Origin: an uncultured Acidimicrobiia bacterium
GTDB taxonomy: Bacteria; Acidobacteriota; Terriglobia; Versatilivoradales; Versatilivoraceae
Length of the DNA: 64,000 bases
Direction of reading: 5' to 3'
Assembly: GCA_963786955.1 (NCBI GenBank)
Contig: CAWBAT010000006.1
Coordinates: 64,001 to 128,000 of the forward strand
Positions 1 to 12,142 of this stretch are shown here, in pieces. The notes below the pieces were generated by a model. The model was not told the origin of the DNA. It ran no database searches and saw nothing but the letters and a program-made list of their open reading frames with translations. Each line of letters begins with the position of its first letter. Position 1 is the first letter of the stretch. The translations under genes were made by a program, and so were the position numbers.

Positions 1-1
1 G

Positions 2-169
2 GGAGGAGTCATTGGGGCGAGTTTGAGACTTTTCCCCTGGTATGCAGAAAATCGAATCAAGACACCTTTCTATGACCACGAAAGTACTTCTCAGATCGTT
101 TCGCTCGTTCTATTTATTGGGCTCTGCCTATTTCTTTGGTTTGATTCCGTGCGAGTGGGCCGAAAATGA
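2..169 (+). CDS. C-terminal fragment of a membrane protein, probably an OPT-family oligopeptide transporter (5'-truncated by window edge)
   Basis: Frame from nt 2 reads GGVIGASLRLFPWYAENRIKTPFYDHESTSQIVSLVLFIGLCLFLWFDSVRVGRK*; it ends in a hydrophobic helix and resembles OPT/YSL C-termini. Confidence 0.5.
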   Translation, partial: GGVIGASLRLFPWYAENRIKTPFYDHESTSQIVSLVLFIGLCLFLWFDSVRVGRK

Positions 170-182
170 CGGGCGGTGACGA

Positions 183-2745
183 ATGAAGCGGCAGATTCCA
201 TTGATCTCATTATTGCTCCTTGCCCTCACCTTCCTGAATTCGTCTCTCGCTTCTGGCCGCTGATGATCGATTGCCAGGAACTGAACCATTGACCGTCGAA
301 GGCGACATCCCCAGTCAGATGGTGGAAGGGATTCACAAGTATTTGGATTGGAAGACATTGGAAAATCAGCTGGAACGCGAAGAGATATGGGAATCTCAAG
401 ATTCCATACAAAGGGACTCTTGAAAGGATTAAGCGTTTTCGCAAAATAATCGGCGCCGTTGACCTCAGAGTACAAAGCAAAGGGTTGGAAATCCTCGGGT
501 CAGCCGTTGCGTCTGCCTCAGCGGGAAGTGGCAGAGGGTATCAGGTTTTCAAGGTACGCTGGCCGGTTTTCGAGGGAGTAACAGGCGAAGGTTTGCTGCT
601 GCAGCCTGAGAATAAACCGTTCGCTCCGAATAGTGGCCATCCCGGATGCCGATTGGTCTCCTGAAATGCTGGCGGGCCTTGAGCCGGGAGTTCCGCCTGC
701 CGCCCAATTCGCCCGCAAACTTGCGGAAGTCGGATGCCAGGTTGTGATTCCGACACTCATTGACCGGAATGACACATGGTCTGGCATCCCGGGCGTTCGC
801 ATGACAAACCAACCCCATCGTGAATTCATTTACCGGATGTCTTATGAGGTGGGACGGCACATCATCGGCTACGAAGTGGAAAAGATTCTCGCCGTTATTG
901 ACTGGTTTGACCACGAAGATGACCAGTCGCCTTCGAAACTCACGGCTGTGATGGGTTATGGAGAAGGGGGCCTGTTGGCCCTGTATGCCGCTGTTCTGGA
1001 TCGGCGGATCGACCGAACCGCAGTCAGCGGCTATTTTCAACCCCGCGAAGAGCTTTGGAAGGAACCCATCTACCGCAATGTCTGGGGACTGCTTAGAGAG
1101 TTTGGCGATGCCGAACTGGCCAGGCTCATCGACCCAAACAGAGGCCTCATTGTTGAAGCCTGCGCTGGTCCGCAAGTAAACGGACCGCCAGTGGAAAGCA
1201 CTGAACGCAAGGGAGCCACTCCCAATGGAAGCTGCAAACCCCTTCACTCGAGTCGGTAAGATGGGAAATCGAAAGGTCCTGGAAGTTTGATCCGGAGGAT
1301 AATCGTAGCCTGTTCCATTTTGTCGTTAATGAGATGGGAAATGGGTTGCCAGGCTCCGACGAAACTCTCCGCCTGCTCCTCGCAGGTACCCCGGCAGAAC
1401 CGTTAATCGGTCACCAGACTGGGTTTCCCTCGCAAATCCTTCTATTCCCCGGGCCAGTTTAGATCAGAGGCAACTCTGCGGATGAAGCGCCAGTTTGACG
1501 AACTCGTGTCTTTCACACAAAAACTTGTTCAGCAATCCCCGCATCAGCGTCAGGAATTTTGGAAGACAGCCGATGCTTCCTTGCCGCAACGCTGGAAGGA
1601 GACATCCCGAACCCAGCGTACATTTCTTCTGGGAAGAAGTCATCGGCAGGTTACCCGATCCAGATCTTCCCATGAATCCTCGAACACGCCTCATTTACGA
1701 TGAGCCCAAGTTTAAGGGCTATGAAGTGATGCTCGACGTCTGGACGGACGTGTTTGCCTATGGAATCCTTTTAGTTCCCAACGACCTCAAGGCGGGAGAG
1801 CATCGGCCAGTGGTCGTCTGCCAGCACGGCCTCGAAGGTCGTGCGAGTGATGTCGCTGACCCTAAATCAGATTCCCCATACTACCATCGTTTCGCTGCCC
1901 GATTGGCCGAGCGGGGCTTTATTACCTTCTCCCCACAAAACCCATACATCGGCAAGGATCGTTTTCGTCTCCTCCTGCGCAAAAGCCATCCATTAAAACT
2001 AACTCTGTTTTCCTTCATCATTGGCCAGCATCAACGAATCCTGGAATGGCTGGTAACTTTACCTTTTGTCGACCCTGCCCGGATCGGATTTTACGGTTTA
2101 TCTTATGGCGGGAAAACAGCGATGCGGGTCCCTACTCTGCTTGATGGCTACGTCTTATCCATTTGTTCAGGTGACTTTAACGAATGGGTTTGGAAAACCA
2201 CCAGTGTCGAGTCCAAGTATAGTTATATGATCTTGCATGAATATGACATGTATGAGTTCAATCTCGCGAATGTTGCAAACTACGCCGAATTGGCCACTTT
2301 GATGGCTCCCCGGCCCTTCATGGTAGAAAGGGGGCATGATGATCCGGTTGCGCCAGACGAATGGGTCACCTTTGAATTTGCAAAGGCAAGGCGGTTCTAT
2401 GATATCCGCCTAGGGCTACCTGATCGCTGTGTGATTGAATTGTTTGACGGCCCGCATACTATTAATGGGAAAGGGACATTTCAATTCCTCGAGAAATACT
2501 TAGGCTGGCCTCCTGAGGGAGGAGACGATTCAGCCCTCTCCGTAGAACAGGCCGCCACTCATTCAATCCTGAATAAATGCCCTGCCCCGGGCGCAACCCA
2601 GTTCATTTCATCCGTTGAATTTTCTTCCTTCCCCGAGTATGGGGAGATGTGGATCAGCTTGGCTCCACTCTTTCTTAGAGTGACGTCAAAATGGAACGAA
2701 TTCTTAAGATCCTTATTGACCAACATGAAGTATGGCCGGCCTTGA
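183..2745 (+). CDS. Secreted double alpha/beta-hydrolase (dienelactone hydrolase / acetyl xylan esterase-like), split by several frameshifts
   Basis: Signal peptide MKRQIPLISLLLLAL at 183; fragments 633..1259 (GYGEGG) and 1495..2745 (VVCQHGLEG, GLSYGG nucleophile elbow, GPHTING). The true end is probably near 2516, since the rest overlaps the convergent gene. Confidence 0.75.
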
Positions 2746-3829
2746 TCGTCGATAAACTCTCCGACAAAGAAGCTGCCCTCAGCCGTACTGGGAATAAGAT
2801 GGGTTTGGGTCGTTAACAGCGATTGGACAACTGGCTTTCGCTAAGAGGCTTCCCGTCGGGAGGAACGCTAGCAGAGTGGTACACTCCCGTACTCTTCAGG
2901 TTCTTGAGAGTGGGCGCCAGAACGTGAATTTCATTATTGATTCGACGCAACATGTCCCAGGAATCCGTCTTGTTTCCAAATTGATCCACCGGTCCCATCC
3001 GAAAATTCCCGATAGGCCAGGTGAAATAACTAAAATACTGAATTCCCCGCCCTCCGTAAGCCATCGTCGCATAAGCCTGAAGGTGGTAAGTGGCATCCGT
3101 GTTCTCCATGTAATCGAAGTGTGCGTTCGACAAGACACAATTCCAAAACGCCACATTGGCCCCAAGGGAAATCTCCCGAATCTTCTCGAGGTTGGCATAG
3201 AAATCGTCAACCATCTTGTCGTTGACGAGGGAATAATTATCATAGCTGAGAAAAGGCTGCTTGAGCGCATCCACTACCAGGCGGACGTATTCCCCATAAC
3301 TCGCGACACCCATTTGATCCTTCGAGGCGCGGCTGGGGAGTAAATTGACGTAGAGAAGTTTACCCGGCATGATTTCTTGAATTTGTTTCGCTACAAGTCT
3401 AAGTCCGGGAATAATCTTCGCCTGAGGTTCATCCCGCAGTACGAATCCAATGACAGCCGGACTATTCCCCACTTCCTTGGCGACGGCTTGAACATTCCTG
3501 CGTACAAGCTCAGGATCTAGCGCTTGTTCGAAATTGTATCCACCGATCCGTGGATCCGAGACAAATACCTGGACTCCTAAACGTTCAAAAAGGGCGAGAT
3601 CTTTAACGGCAGCAAAACCCGCGATGTTGATCCCGGCTTCCTTCATCCCTTGGATCTGCTGGACGTCAGGCGGTATAGGTCCCCAGGCCATGACGACGAA
3701 TTCTCTGGGGGAGACACGTTGTTCTTTGAAGACCTGTTGCGCCAGAAGAATGGAGACCTGACAATGAAGGAGTACGAGACTGAGAATGTATCGTTGTGGT
3801 ATCAAGCGCATGAATTGAAGGCCTTGCAA
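2559..3829 (-). CDS. Secreted glycoside-hydrolase-like TIM-barrel protein, frameshift near 2815
   Basis: ORF 2813..3829 has a signal peptide, GFVLRDEP, LSYDNY and YGGRGIQYF. An alternate frame continues FFVGEFIDDQGRPYFMLVNKD...GAGHLFRIE* to 2559. Confidence 0.6.
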
Positions 3830-3894
3830 TTCTTGAGATGGATAAAAAGACAGACAAAACGATTTCGTCGCAGGCCCGCTGAACTCAGCCGGTG

Positions 3895-5688
3895 CTAGTG
3901 ACTCAAACAGTATTTTCCGGCGTTATTGAGCGCCTGGGCGACCTCTCTCCGCAAGGCAATGAGGTCTATCGGGACGCTTTTCGTAAAGCGACGAAGAGCA
4001 GCCAATTGGATTCTCAACTCATCTCCAACAGAAACAGCTGCCAAAACCGGCTTCACCAGGTTTTCAAGCTGCGGGAATTTCCCGTGAATGCATATTTTCG
4101 CTGCCGTGGTTGGCAAATCCCATTTCGATACCCCATCCCGTTTAATGCCTTTCAGCACGCGTAGCAGGACGCTCTCCATTGCGTAGATTTCAATCACGAG
4201 GTCGCTGAGCAAACAGAGAATTTCCTGTTCTTCAGCGAGTTTCTCGCGGTACTTTTGAGTCGCCACTCCCAAGGCAAGGAGAAACATCTTCTTGGCGTTT
4301 CTGACCATCTGCTCCTCTTGAACCAGCGGACCATCGCTACCCTCTTCCATCGAGGGGGATGATAGAATTTCATCCATCAATTTCTGGGCAGCTTGAAACA
4401 ACCCGAGCTGCCCTTTCATGGCTCTTTTGAGAAGTTGGCCAGTAATCAGCAGCCTATTCACTTCGTTGGTGCCTTCGAAAATCCGGTTTATTCGGGCGTC
4501 CCGGTAGGCACGCTCAATTGGATACTCCCGGCTGTAACCATTGCCACCAAATACCTGGACGCCCTCGTCAACCACAAAATCGAGAATCTCGGTGCTGGCG
4601 ACCTTTATGATGGAACATTCGACCGCATACTCTTCGATCATTCTCAATGCGTCGGCAGGCGCCGACAGACGCTCTTGGTCAACACAACGCATTGCGCCAT
4701 CAATCATTCCGGCGGTGCGGTATACCATACTCTCGGCACAATAAACCCTGACCGCCATTTCGGCCAGCTTGTGCTGGATGGCACCAAATGAAATGATGGG
4801 TTTTCCAAACTGAACACGCTGTTTGGCATACCGGATCGCTTCGTTTTCGGCCCATCGAATCGCTTCCAGCACGCTTGCTCCCAGCTTGAATCTTCCAATA
4901 TTCAGGATGTTAAAGGCGATTTTGTGCCCTTTGCCAATTTCACCCAAAAGGTTCTCTCGCGGGACCTGGGCGTTCTCAAGGATCAATGATCTAGTGGAAG
5001 AGCCCTGTATTCCCATCTTATGTTCTTCTTGACCGGTGGAGACGCCTAGAAAATCACGTTCGATGAGAAAGCAGGAAAATTTGTCGCCATCCACCTTTGC
5101 AAAGGTGACAAAAAGGTTGGCAAAGCCGGCATTTGTAATCCAGCACTTCGTACCATTGAGCAAATAGTGAGTTTCTTCTGGATTTAAAACCGCCTTCGTC
5201 CTGGCGTTCAGGGCATCCGACCCTGCCTCTGCTTCTGTCAAGGCATAGGCAGCAATCCATTCCGCCGTGGCCAGTTTCGGCAAATATTTTTGCTTTTGCG
5301 CTTCGGTCCCAAAGTAGACAAGCGGGAGGATGCCGATTCCTGTGTGGGCACTGAAGGTTGTCGCAAAGGAGCCATACCTCCCCGACTTCTCGGTAATGAT
5401 CGCGACACTAATCTGATCCATTCCTTCTCCACCGTAGGCTTGCGGGATCCCTGCGCTGACGAGGCCGATCTTTGCCGCCCTTTTCATCAATTCCTCATTA
5501 ACCCCTTCCTTCTCCGATTCCATTTCTGCGATTCTAGGAACAACCTCTGTTTCCATAAACCGGGTTGCCGTTTCCGCAATCATGCGTTGCTCGTCGGTTA
5601 GATCCTCCAGTGTAAACACCTCCTCGAGTGGAGGCGACTCCAGGAGGAAACCACCACCCTTCATGATGGGATCGGTTTTCGTTAACAT
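3895..5688 (-). CDS. fadE: Acyl-CoA dehydrogenase (FadE, B. subtilis type)
   Basis: Intact 597 aa; YALTEAEAGSD, NGTKCWITN, QVFGGNGY, IFEGTNEVNR. Confidence 0.93.
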   Translation of the reverse strand: MLTKTDPIMKGGGFLLESPPLEEVFTLEDLTDEQRMIAETATRFMETEVVPRIAEMESEKEGVNEELMKRAAKIGLVSAGIPQAYGGEGMDQISVAIITEKSGRYGSFATTFSAHTGIGILPLVYFGTEAQKQKYLPKLATAEWIAAYALTEAEAGSDALNARTKAVLNPEETHYLLNGTKCWITNAGFANLFVTFAKVDGDKFSCFLIERDFLGVSTGQEEHKMGIQGSSTRSLILENAQVPRENLLGEIGKGHKIAFNILNIGRFKLGASVLEAIRWAENEAIRYAKQRVQFGKPIISFGAIQHKLAEMAVRVYCAESMVYRTAGMIDGAMRCVDQERLSAPADALRMIEEYAVECSIIKVASTEILDFVVDEGVQVFGGNGYSREYPIERAYRDARINRIFEGTNEVNRLLITGQLLKRAMKGQLGLFQAAQKLMDEILSSPSMEEGSDGPLVQEEQMVRNAKKMFLLALGVATQKYREKLAEEQEILCLLSDLVIEIYAMESVLLRVLKGIKRDGVSKWDLPTTAAKICIHGKFPQLENLVKPVLAAVSVGDELRIQLAALRRFTKSVPIDLIALRREVAQALNNAGKYCLSH

Positions 5689-5711
5689 TCACACCCCTAG
5701 TTCACAGAGAT

Positions 5712-5792
5712 ATTGACCTTTGGTTATTGGTCTTTTTCCCCAAGATTGGCGAGTTGAAAAAATGGAAAATGATAAATGAAGAATGATCAATG
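5712..5792. repeat. Inverted array of degenerate 7-bp tandem repeats (AATGnnn)
   Basis: ATTGACC TTTGGTT ATTGGTC ... then AATGGAA AATGATA AATGAAG AATGATC AATG, between fadA and fadE. Confidence 0.6.
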
Positions 5793-5809
5793 TTTGTCAT
5801 CCTCGTAGC

Positions 5810-6998
5810 TTACAGAGAGACCAATTCAAAAATTCCGGCAGCTCCCATCCCTCCCCCAACGCACATGGTGACCATTCCAAACTGGGTTTGCCGCCGTTTC
5901 ATTTCATTTAATAGACTAGTGGACAGCTTCGCACCGGTGCAGCCCAACGGGTGTCCCAGAGCAATCGCTCCCCCATTAACGTTTACCCGTTCGGGATCCA
6001 TGTTTGCCTCCTGGATCACCGCCAACGCCTGCGCTGCAAAGGCTTCATTCAGCTCAATAAGGCCGATGTCCTCCAGCCTGAGGCGAGCGAGCTTTAACGC
6101 TTTGGGGATAGCCCAGACAGGCCCGATTCCCATTTCTTCAGGCCGGACTCCAGCCGTGGCAAATGCCAGAAATTTTCCCAAGATTGGCCAACCGCGTTCT
6201 TTGGCTTTGGTTTTGGAGGTTACGACGACAGCGGCAGCTCCGTCACTCATCTGGGAAGAATTCCCGGGCGTGATTGTACCTTTGACGTGGAAGGCGGGCT
6301 TTAGTTTCGCCAGAGCATCCAAGGAAGTGTCCTGCCGCGGCCCTTCATCTTGCACAAAAGGGACGATCGTAGTTTCTTTTTCCATCGTGAGTTGAGCGAA
6401 TCGACGGGAACCTGAAGTGGCATGCGTCTCTACTCTAAACTTGCCTCCTTCTTGGGCTGCAATTGACCTCCGATGGCTCCAAAGGGCAAATTCGTCCTGC
6501 TGCAGACGAGAGATATTGTATTTCTTAACTAAATTTTCTGCTGTCAGCCCCATGCCGAGATAGACATCGGGATAAGACTCAGCGAGATGAGGGTTAGGGG
6601 AGAATTTATGACCGGCCATCGGGAACAAGACTCATGCTTTCCGTACCACCGGCACAAACAATGTCTGCCGATCCACATTGGATCCGTTCGGCGGCGAAAG
6701 CAATAGCCTGGAGTCCAGAAGAACAAAAACGGTTAATCGTAATCGCCGATACTTCTGGAGGAAGCCCGGCAAGCAAACTGGCGATTCGGGCGACATTCAT
6801 CCCCTGCTCCGCTTCGGGCATGGCACATCCGAAGATAACGTCATCTACCTCATCCCCTTTTAATTCCGGAGTACGACGCAGAGCTTCCGCAATGACGGCT
6901 GCGGCAAGAGCATCTGGACGCATGTCTTTCAATGTTCCTTTCTTGGCTTTTCCCACTGGAGTTCTTACTGCCGCGACAATGACAGCCTCTTGCATCAT
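5810..6998 (-). CDS. fadA: Acetyl-CoA C-acyltransferase (3-ketoacyl-CoA thiolase, FadA), frameshifted
   Basis: Fragments 6606..6998 (INRFCSSG catalytic Cys) and 5810..6628 (NEAF, GHPLG, CVGGGMG). Confidence 0.92.
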
Positions 6999-7120
6999 TC
7001 ACCTCATGGGACTTTGTTCCATTGTCATTTCTAATTCTCTATGCCATTACTCTTCAGATCAATCGGAGTACGCATTCCTTTATTTTCACATGATCGGTTT
7101 ACGAAAAACTGAGGCAAAAC

Positions 7121-7199
7121 CGCCGGGTGTGGTCACCGGGCCTACACCTTCTTCAACAGTTTCGGGAAATTGTTGTAGGCCGTGTGACCCCAGGCGGCG
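7121..7199. repeat. REP-like palindrome pair, family B (TGTAGGCCGGGTCACCGACCCGGCG type)
   Basis: CGCCGGGTGTGGTCACCGGGCCTACA ... TGTAGGCCGTGTGACCCCAGGCGGCG; related copies at 30067-30120 and 51807-51893. Confidence 0.7.
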
Positions 7200-7360
7200 T
7201 TTATCCAAAGACGAAGAGATTCTTAAAGTTCTCTCTTCTGCGAGAGAATCAGCTTGTGGCCAGTTTCTGAATCTGCAAAGTAAAATACGGCAAATTCAAG
7301 TGTCGAAAGAAATCCGCTAAACGAAAAAGGACAAATCGATCAGAATCAATGAAAAGTCTT

Positions 7361-9758
7361 CTAATTACGAAGGGGTTTTCCTTTTTTAAGCATGTATTGG
7401 ATCCGTTCCTGTGTTTTTCGCTCGCCACATAAACTGAGAAAGTTTCTCGCTCGAGTCCAAAATGTATTGCTCGTTCACCTCTTGAAGGCTGTTACAGTCA
7501 CCGCCACAAAGGACGTAAGCCAGCTTTCCGCCTAGCAGGTAGTCGTACTCGCTGATATACTCGCCTCGTCTCAACTGGTGCATGCCGATCTTGATCGTGG
7601 CCAACGCACGATTACCCAGAACCATGATATTAGAGGCAGGAGCGGGCTTCTGGTACCCAGATTGAATCCGGGCTAGGACAACTCTCTTGGCATCCCGAAT
7701 CAAAAATCTCCGATTCATGCTAATCCCATCCCAGTCACTCAGAAAACCCAGATTCCTGGCGTCATACGCGCTACTTCGACACTTTTGCCATCGCTATGGT
7801 CTCAAAGGCCTCACGCAAGTGCACAAAACAATCATCCTCGTCCGTTTTCCGGGCATGGTTCAAACTTCTGAGAAGCATTTCCTTCGTTCCTCCGCCTGCA
7901 GGAATGAGTCCAACTCCCAATTCCACAAGCCCATATAGGCTTCAGCGGCCACTTGGATCACGGTGGCGTGCAGGCACATTTCACATCCACCTCCTAAGGT
8001 CAGACCAAAGGGAGCGACAACAACGGGTCGGGAGGCATACTTGATCGCCATATTCACTTTTTGGAAGGTTCTGATCATGAGATCAATTTCCTCCCAGTTT
8101 TGCTCTTGGGCTTCAAGCAAAATCAACAGGAGGTTCGCTCCGGCAGAGAATTGTTGTCCCTGGTTGCCGATCACTAACCCATAGCTTTTCCTCTTCGACA
8201 AGCTTTAACCCTTCCTCAACCATCTGCAGTGTGTCTCCGCCGATGCTGTTCATCTTCGAATGAAACTCAACACAGGCAACACCATCTCCTAAATCAAGTA
8301 AGCTTGCTCCGCTATTTCGCTTGATCAAGGCGCTCTGTTCTTTCCGGGTCCGCAGATTCACGGTTCCAGGTGATCCATCACTTCCAGGTACTCCTTCGAT
8401 GCAGAGTCGAAAAAAGAAATCGTCCCTTTCGTATCGATCGATAAAAAGTTCAGTTGGTGTGGAAAGCACAGAGTGAACAAGCGGGGGAATTTGGCGTTGC
8501 TCTGCTTGAAGGCGTTGCGCAATATCGCCTACTCCAAACGCATCCCACATCTCAAAGGGGCCCAATTCCCAGTTAAATCCCCATTTCAAGGCATTATCGA
8601 CGCTCACGATGTCATCGGAAATTTCTGAAGATCGATTGGCTGCATAAAGCAATATCGCAGACAAAGTCTTCCATGAGAAAATTCCCTGGACGGTCGCGAG
8701 ATGAATCATGGCTTTCAATCGCTCGGGGATCGATTCGATCGTCCGGATCATTTCCAAAGATGGGAAACTCAACTTTGGGCGCGGCCCATAATTCATGTTA
8801 AAGGATCCAGGCTCAGAATCTCATCTTTTCCTGTCTTCTTGTAGAAACCTTGACCGGTTTTGTCGCCCAGCCACTTTCGCTCAACCATCTGTTCAACAAA
8901 AGACGGCAATGTGAAGAGTTCCCGCTGTTCATCATTGGGCACATTTTGATAGATGTTCCTTGTGACGTGAACATACGTATCAATCCCTACAATATCCAAA
9001 GTCCGAAAAGTAGCACTCTTCGGACGGCCAATCAGGGGGCCCGTCAATAAATCAATTTCATCAATCGTGAAACCCTCATCAACCATATACTTGAGGACTT
9101 GCTGAATGGCAAAAGTCCCAATCCGGTTGGCAATAAAATTGGGCGTGTCTTTTGCGACAACGACTCCTTTGCCGAGCCGCTCTTCGCCGATTCCCTTCAC
9201 GATCTCTACTACTCGCGGATCCGTTTCCCGAGCCGGGATGATTTCGAGTAGCTTCATATAGCGCGGAGGGTTGAAGAAATGGGTGCCAAGCCAATGGCGA
9301 CGGAAGTCCTCACTGCGGCCAGCCGATAATTGTTGGAGTGAAATTCCTGAGGTATTAGAACTGATCAGGCTTCCGGGCTTTCGCACTCCATCAATACGGC
9401 TGAGCAGTGCCGTCTTGATCTCAAGATTCTCTGTAATCGCTTCAATGATCCAGTCCGCCTCGGAGATTCGCTGAAAATCATCCTCAAGATTCCCGATGCG
9501 AATTTCACGGGACCAATCAGGAAGGTAGAAGGCCGGAGGTTTGGCCTTTCGGGCTCTTTCCAGGCCTTGCCTGACAAGCTGGTTGCGAGCTGGAGGGGCA
9601 ACTCGGGAAGGTTCCACGCCAATGTCGCCTAGGTTTACTCCTGCAGGAGTCATGTCATAGAGATCTACAGAAAACCGGGCGTTTACGAAATGAGCAGCGA
9701 TTGGGGCGCCCATGACTCCGGCGCCGATGACCGCAATCTTTTCGATTTCCTTTTTCAT
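7361..9758 (-). CDS. fadN: 3-hydroxyacyl-CoA dehydrogenase / enoyl-CoA hydratase (FadN type), several frameshifts
   Basis: Fragments 8793..9758 ([29 protein letters not shown]), 8113..8796, 7860..8201 ([13 protein letters not shown]) and 7386..7718; C-terminus [10 protein letters not shown] at 7361. Confidence 0.9.
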
Positions 9759-11554
9759 ACCCGCTCCGCTTCGTTGTAGACCTGCGCAATCAAATCCTTG
9801 TATTTCTCCTCAACGACCCGGCGTCTAATTTTCAAGGTGGCAGTCAATTCGCCCTTTTCAATTGAAAAATCCTCTGCCAACAAAACGATTCTCTTGATTT
9901 GCTCAAATGATGCCAAATCCACCCCCGATTTTTGGATCTCTCTCATGTAATGTCGGTAAATCTGCGGATCTTGAATCAGCTTTTCATAGTCCGAAGTGAG
10001 GAGTCCAAGCGCCTGCGCAGACTGCTTGACTCTTGCTGGATTGGGCACAACAATCGCCGAGAGGTAAGGTCGTCTGTTTCCGACGACAACGACATTGAGA
10101 AAATGAGGGTTAGATTTCAAGAGATTCTCGATTTTTTGAGGGGCCACGTTTTTTCCACTGGCGGTAATGATGATATCCTTCTTGCGATCGGTAACTTTAA
10201 GGAAACCCTCCTTTTCGATCTCACCGATATCGCCCGTGTGGAACCAACCATCTTCCATGACGTCGCGAGACTCTGCCTCCTGACCAAAGTAGCCTTTCAT
10301 GACGGCAGGGCCACGTGTCAAGATTTCTCCGTCCGGCGCTATTTTGATCGACACGTTGTGTAGGGGTAAACCGACCGTGCCAAACTTGAATTGAGAAGGA
10401 CGATTGACGGCGATCACTGGCGAGGTTTCCGTCAGGCCGTATCCCTCAAGAATTAGGATCCCAGCCGAGAAGAAATACTCTGCTAATTCCGGAGCCAATG
10501 GAGCACCGCCCGAGATGAAAAAGCGAACTCGCCCGCCCAGCATGTGTTTCAACTTTGAAAAGACCAATATCTCGGCCAGTCCTTTTTGGAGCTTTAAAAA
10601 CACCGGGACACGGCGGGTGGCGTAGGTCGCTTGATTGAATTGCCTGCCCACATTGCGCGCCCAGGACATCAGCCACCTCCTCAGCGGAGAACTGGCCGCC
10701 ATGGTATCCTGGATTCTGGCGTACATCTTTTCAAAAAAGCGGGGCACACAGGCCACTACAGTCGGTCGTACCTCAAGCATATTTTTCGCAACGGTTTCTA
10801 CACTCTCAGCGTAGGCGATGGTTGCGCCACGGTAAAACATGAGATAATCCACCGTTCTCTCGAAGATATGAGAAAGCGGCAAAAAGGAGAGGGCCACATC
10901 AGAATGATCAATGGTGATCGCTTCTGCACATCCCAATACATTCGCGACGATATTTCCGTGTGAAAGCATGACTCCTTTTGGAATCCCGGTCGCACCGGAG
11001 GTATAAATGATACTAGCGATGTCTTTGGGTTGAACCTGTCGGGGAAATTCCTCAACCAATCCCGGGTTCCGTTGTAAAAAATGAGCTCCCGACGCCACCA
11101 ATTGATTGAATGACAGGACCGGGTGCGAAAGCCCTGCCCTGTTTTCCAGAAGTATGATTTTTTGCAGACTGGGCAGTTCACTGCCAATCGATAAGATATT
11201 ATCGAGTTGCGTGAGGTTCGAAACAAACAGGACTCTCGGTTCACAATCGAACAAAAGCTCGCGGATCTGGGCAAAGGGAAGGGTGGGAGAAAGAGGGACG
11301 GTAATCGCTCCTGCGCATAGGATCGCGAAATCGGCAACCATCCATTCTGGCCGATTTTCAGAAAGTAACCCTACCCGGTCGTTGTTCTGGATACCAAGAC
11401 TGACAAGACCTGCAGCGACAAAATGGACTTCTTCCCGAACCTCTTCTGCTGAAACAGGTTCATATTTTCCGGCGCGCTTTGTCAAAAAAGTATTGTTCTT
11501 TTGGTGGGTCTGAGTGGCATATTCAAATAGGTCAACAAGGGTTTCCACGCGCAT
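9755..11554 (-). CDS. fadD: Long-chain fatty acid--CoA ligase (AMP-dependent synthetase)
   Basis: Intact 599 aa; YTSGATGIPKG, EGYGLTE, GWFHTGDIG, DRKKD; 4-nt overlap with fadN. Confidence 0.9.
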   Translation of the reverse strand: MRVETLVDLFEYATQTHQKNNTFLTKRAGKYEPVSAEEVREEVHFVAAGLVSLGIQNNDRVGLLSENRPEWMVADFAILCAGAITVPLSPTLPFAQIRELLFDCEPRVLFVSNLTQLDNILSIGSELPSLQKIILLENRAGLSHPVLSFNQLVASGAHFLQRNPGLVEEFPRQVQPKDIASIIYTSGATGIPKGVMLSHGNIVANVLGCAEAITIDHSDVALSFLPLSHIFERTVDYLMFYRGATIAYAESVETVAKNMLEVRPTVVACVPRFFEKMYARIQDTMAASSPLRRWLMSWARNVGRQFNQATYATRRVPVFLKLQKGLAEILVFSKLKHMLGGRVRFFISGGAPLAPELAEYFFSAGILILEGYGLTETSPVIAVNRPSQFKFGTVGLPLHNVSIKIAPDGEILTRGPAVMKGYFGQEAESRDVMEDGWFHTGDIGEIEKEGFLKVTDRKKDIIITASGKNVAPQKIENLLKSNPHFLNVVVVGNRRPYLSAIVVPNPARVKQSAQALGLLTSDYEKLIQDPQIYRHYMREIQKSGVDLASFEQIKRIVLLAEDFSIEKGELTATLKIRRRVVEEKYKDLIAQVYNEAERV

Positions 11555-11658
11555 AGGACTTCTTAGATTGTGGGGATCTGCTCACTGGAATGAGGACAAT
11601 ACTCAGGTCTCAAGTTGGACGACGTTGGGGAGATTAACGCAATCGGATCGAGTCAGGT

Positions 11659-11689
11659 CTCAGGCCGCACCCGCGCGATGCGGCCTGAG
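11659..11689 (-). terminator. Stem-loop downstream of the cytochrome c gene
   Basis: CTCAGGCCGCA-(9 nt)-TGCGGCCTGAG, perfect 11-bp stem; no clear U-tract. Confidence 0.45.
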
Positions 11690-11713
11690 CTTAATTTCAG
11701 GATAAATGTGTCG

Positions 11714-12142
11714 TTACTTCTTATGGGCTTTATGACAGGCACCGCAAGCACCGGTGACCGTCTTAAAGGACGTTCGCGCTGCTTCGAGATCTTTCTTATC
11801 CAAAGCGGCCAATACACTGGCGCTTCCTTCTTTCAATTCTTTAGCGGCATTTGCCCAGGCCGCATCCGGACACCGTCCGTCCTCCATCAACAAATAACCC
11901 ATTTCATTCAGGACGGAAGCTTGGCACATTGCGGTATCCCATGCCTTCTCATCCGCGGGTCCGGAACCTTTTAAAGAGGCATCCAAACCGGCACACATCG
12001 GCTGATTGACTGCTCTCATCAAGTACTTTGTTGCGGCCGCTCGAGTTTGGCCTTTCTTAATTTGCGCACTCAGACTCATTCCCATTACAAGAACAAGTCC
12101 CACCAGCATGAGCCACAGCGTCACTCGATATCGTTGTTGCAT
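11714..12142 (-). CDS. Periplasmic class II cytochrome c (cytochrome c'-like)
   Basis: Signal peptide, helical sequence and a C-terminal heme motif CGACH; RBS GGAGG upstream. Confidence 0.85.
   Translation of the reverse strand: MQQRYRVTLWLMLVGLVLVMGMSLSAQIKKGQTRAAATKYLMRAVNQPMCAGLDASLKGSGPADEKAWDTAMCQASVLNEMGYLLMEDGRCPDAAWANAAKELKEGSASVLAALDKKDLEAARTSFKTVTGACGACHKAHKK

Noticed and set aside
6634-7320. 228-aa plus-strand ORF and similar long antisense ORFs (e.g. 549..1247, 5790..6395, 42861..43583, 50098..50886)
   Set aside because: These are antisense shadows of well-supported genes and have no motifs of their own.
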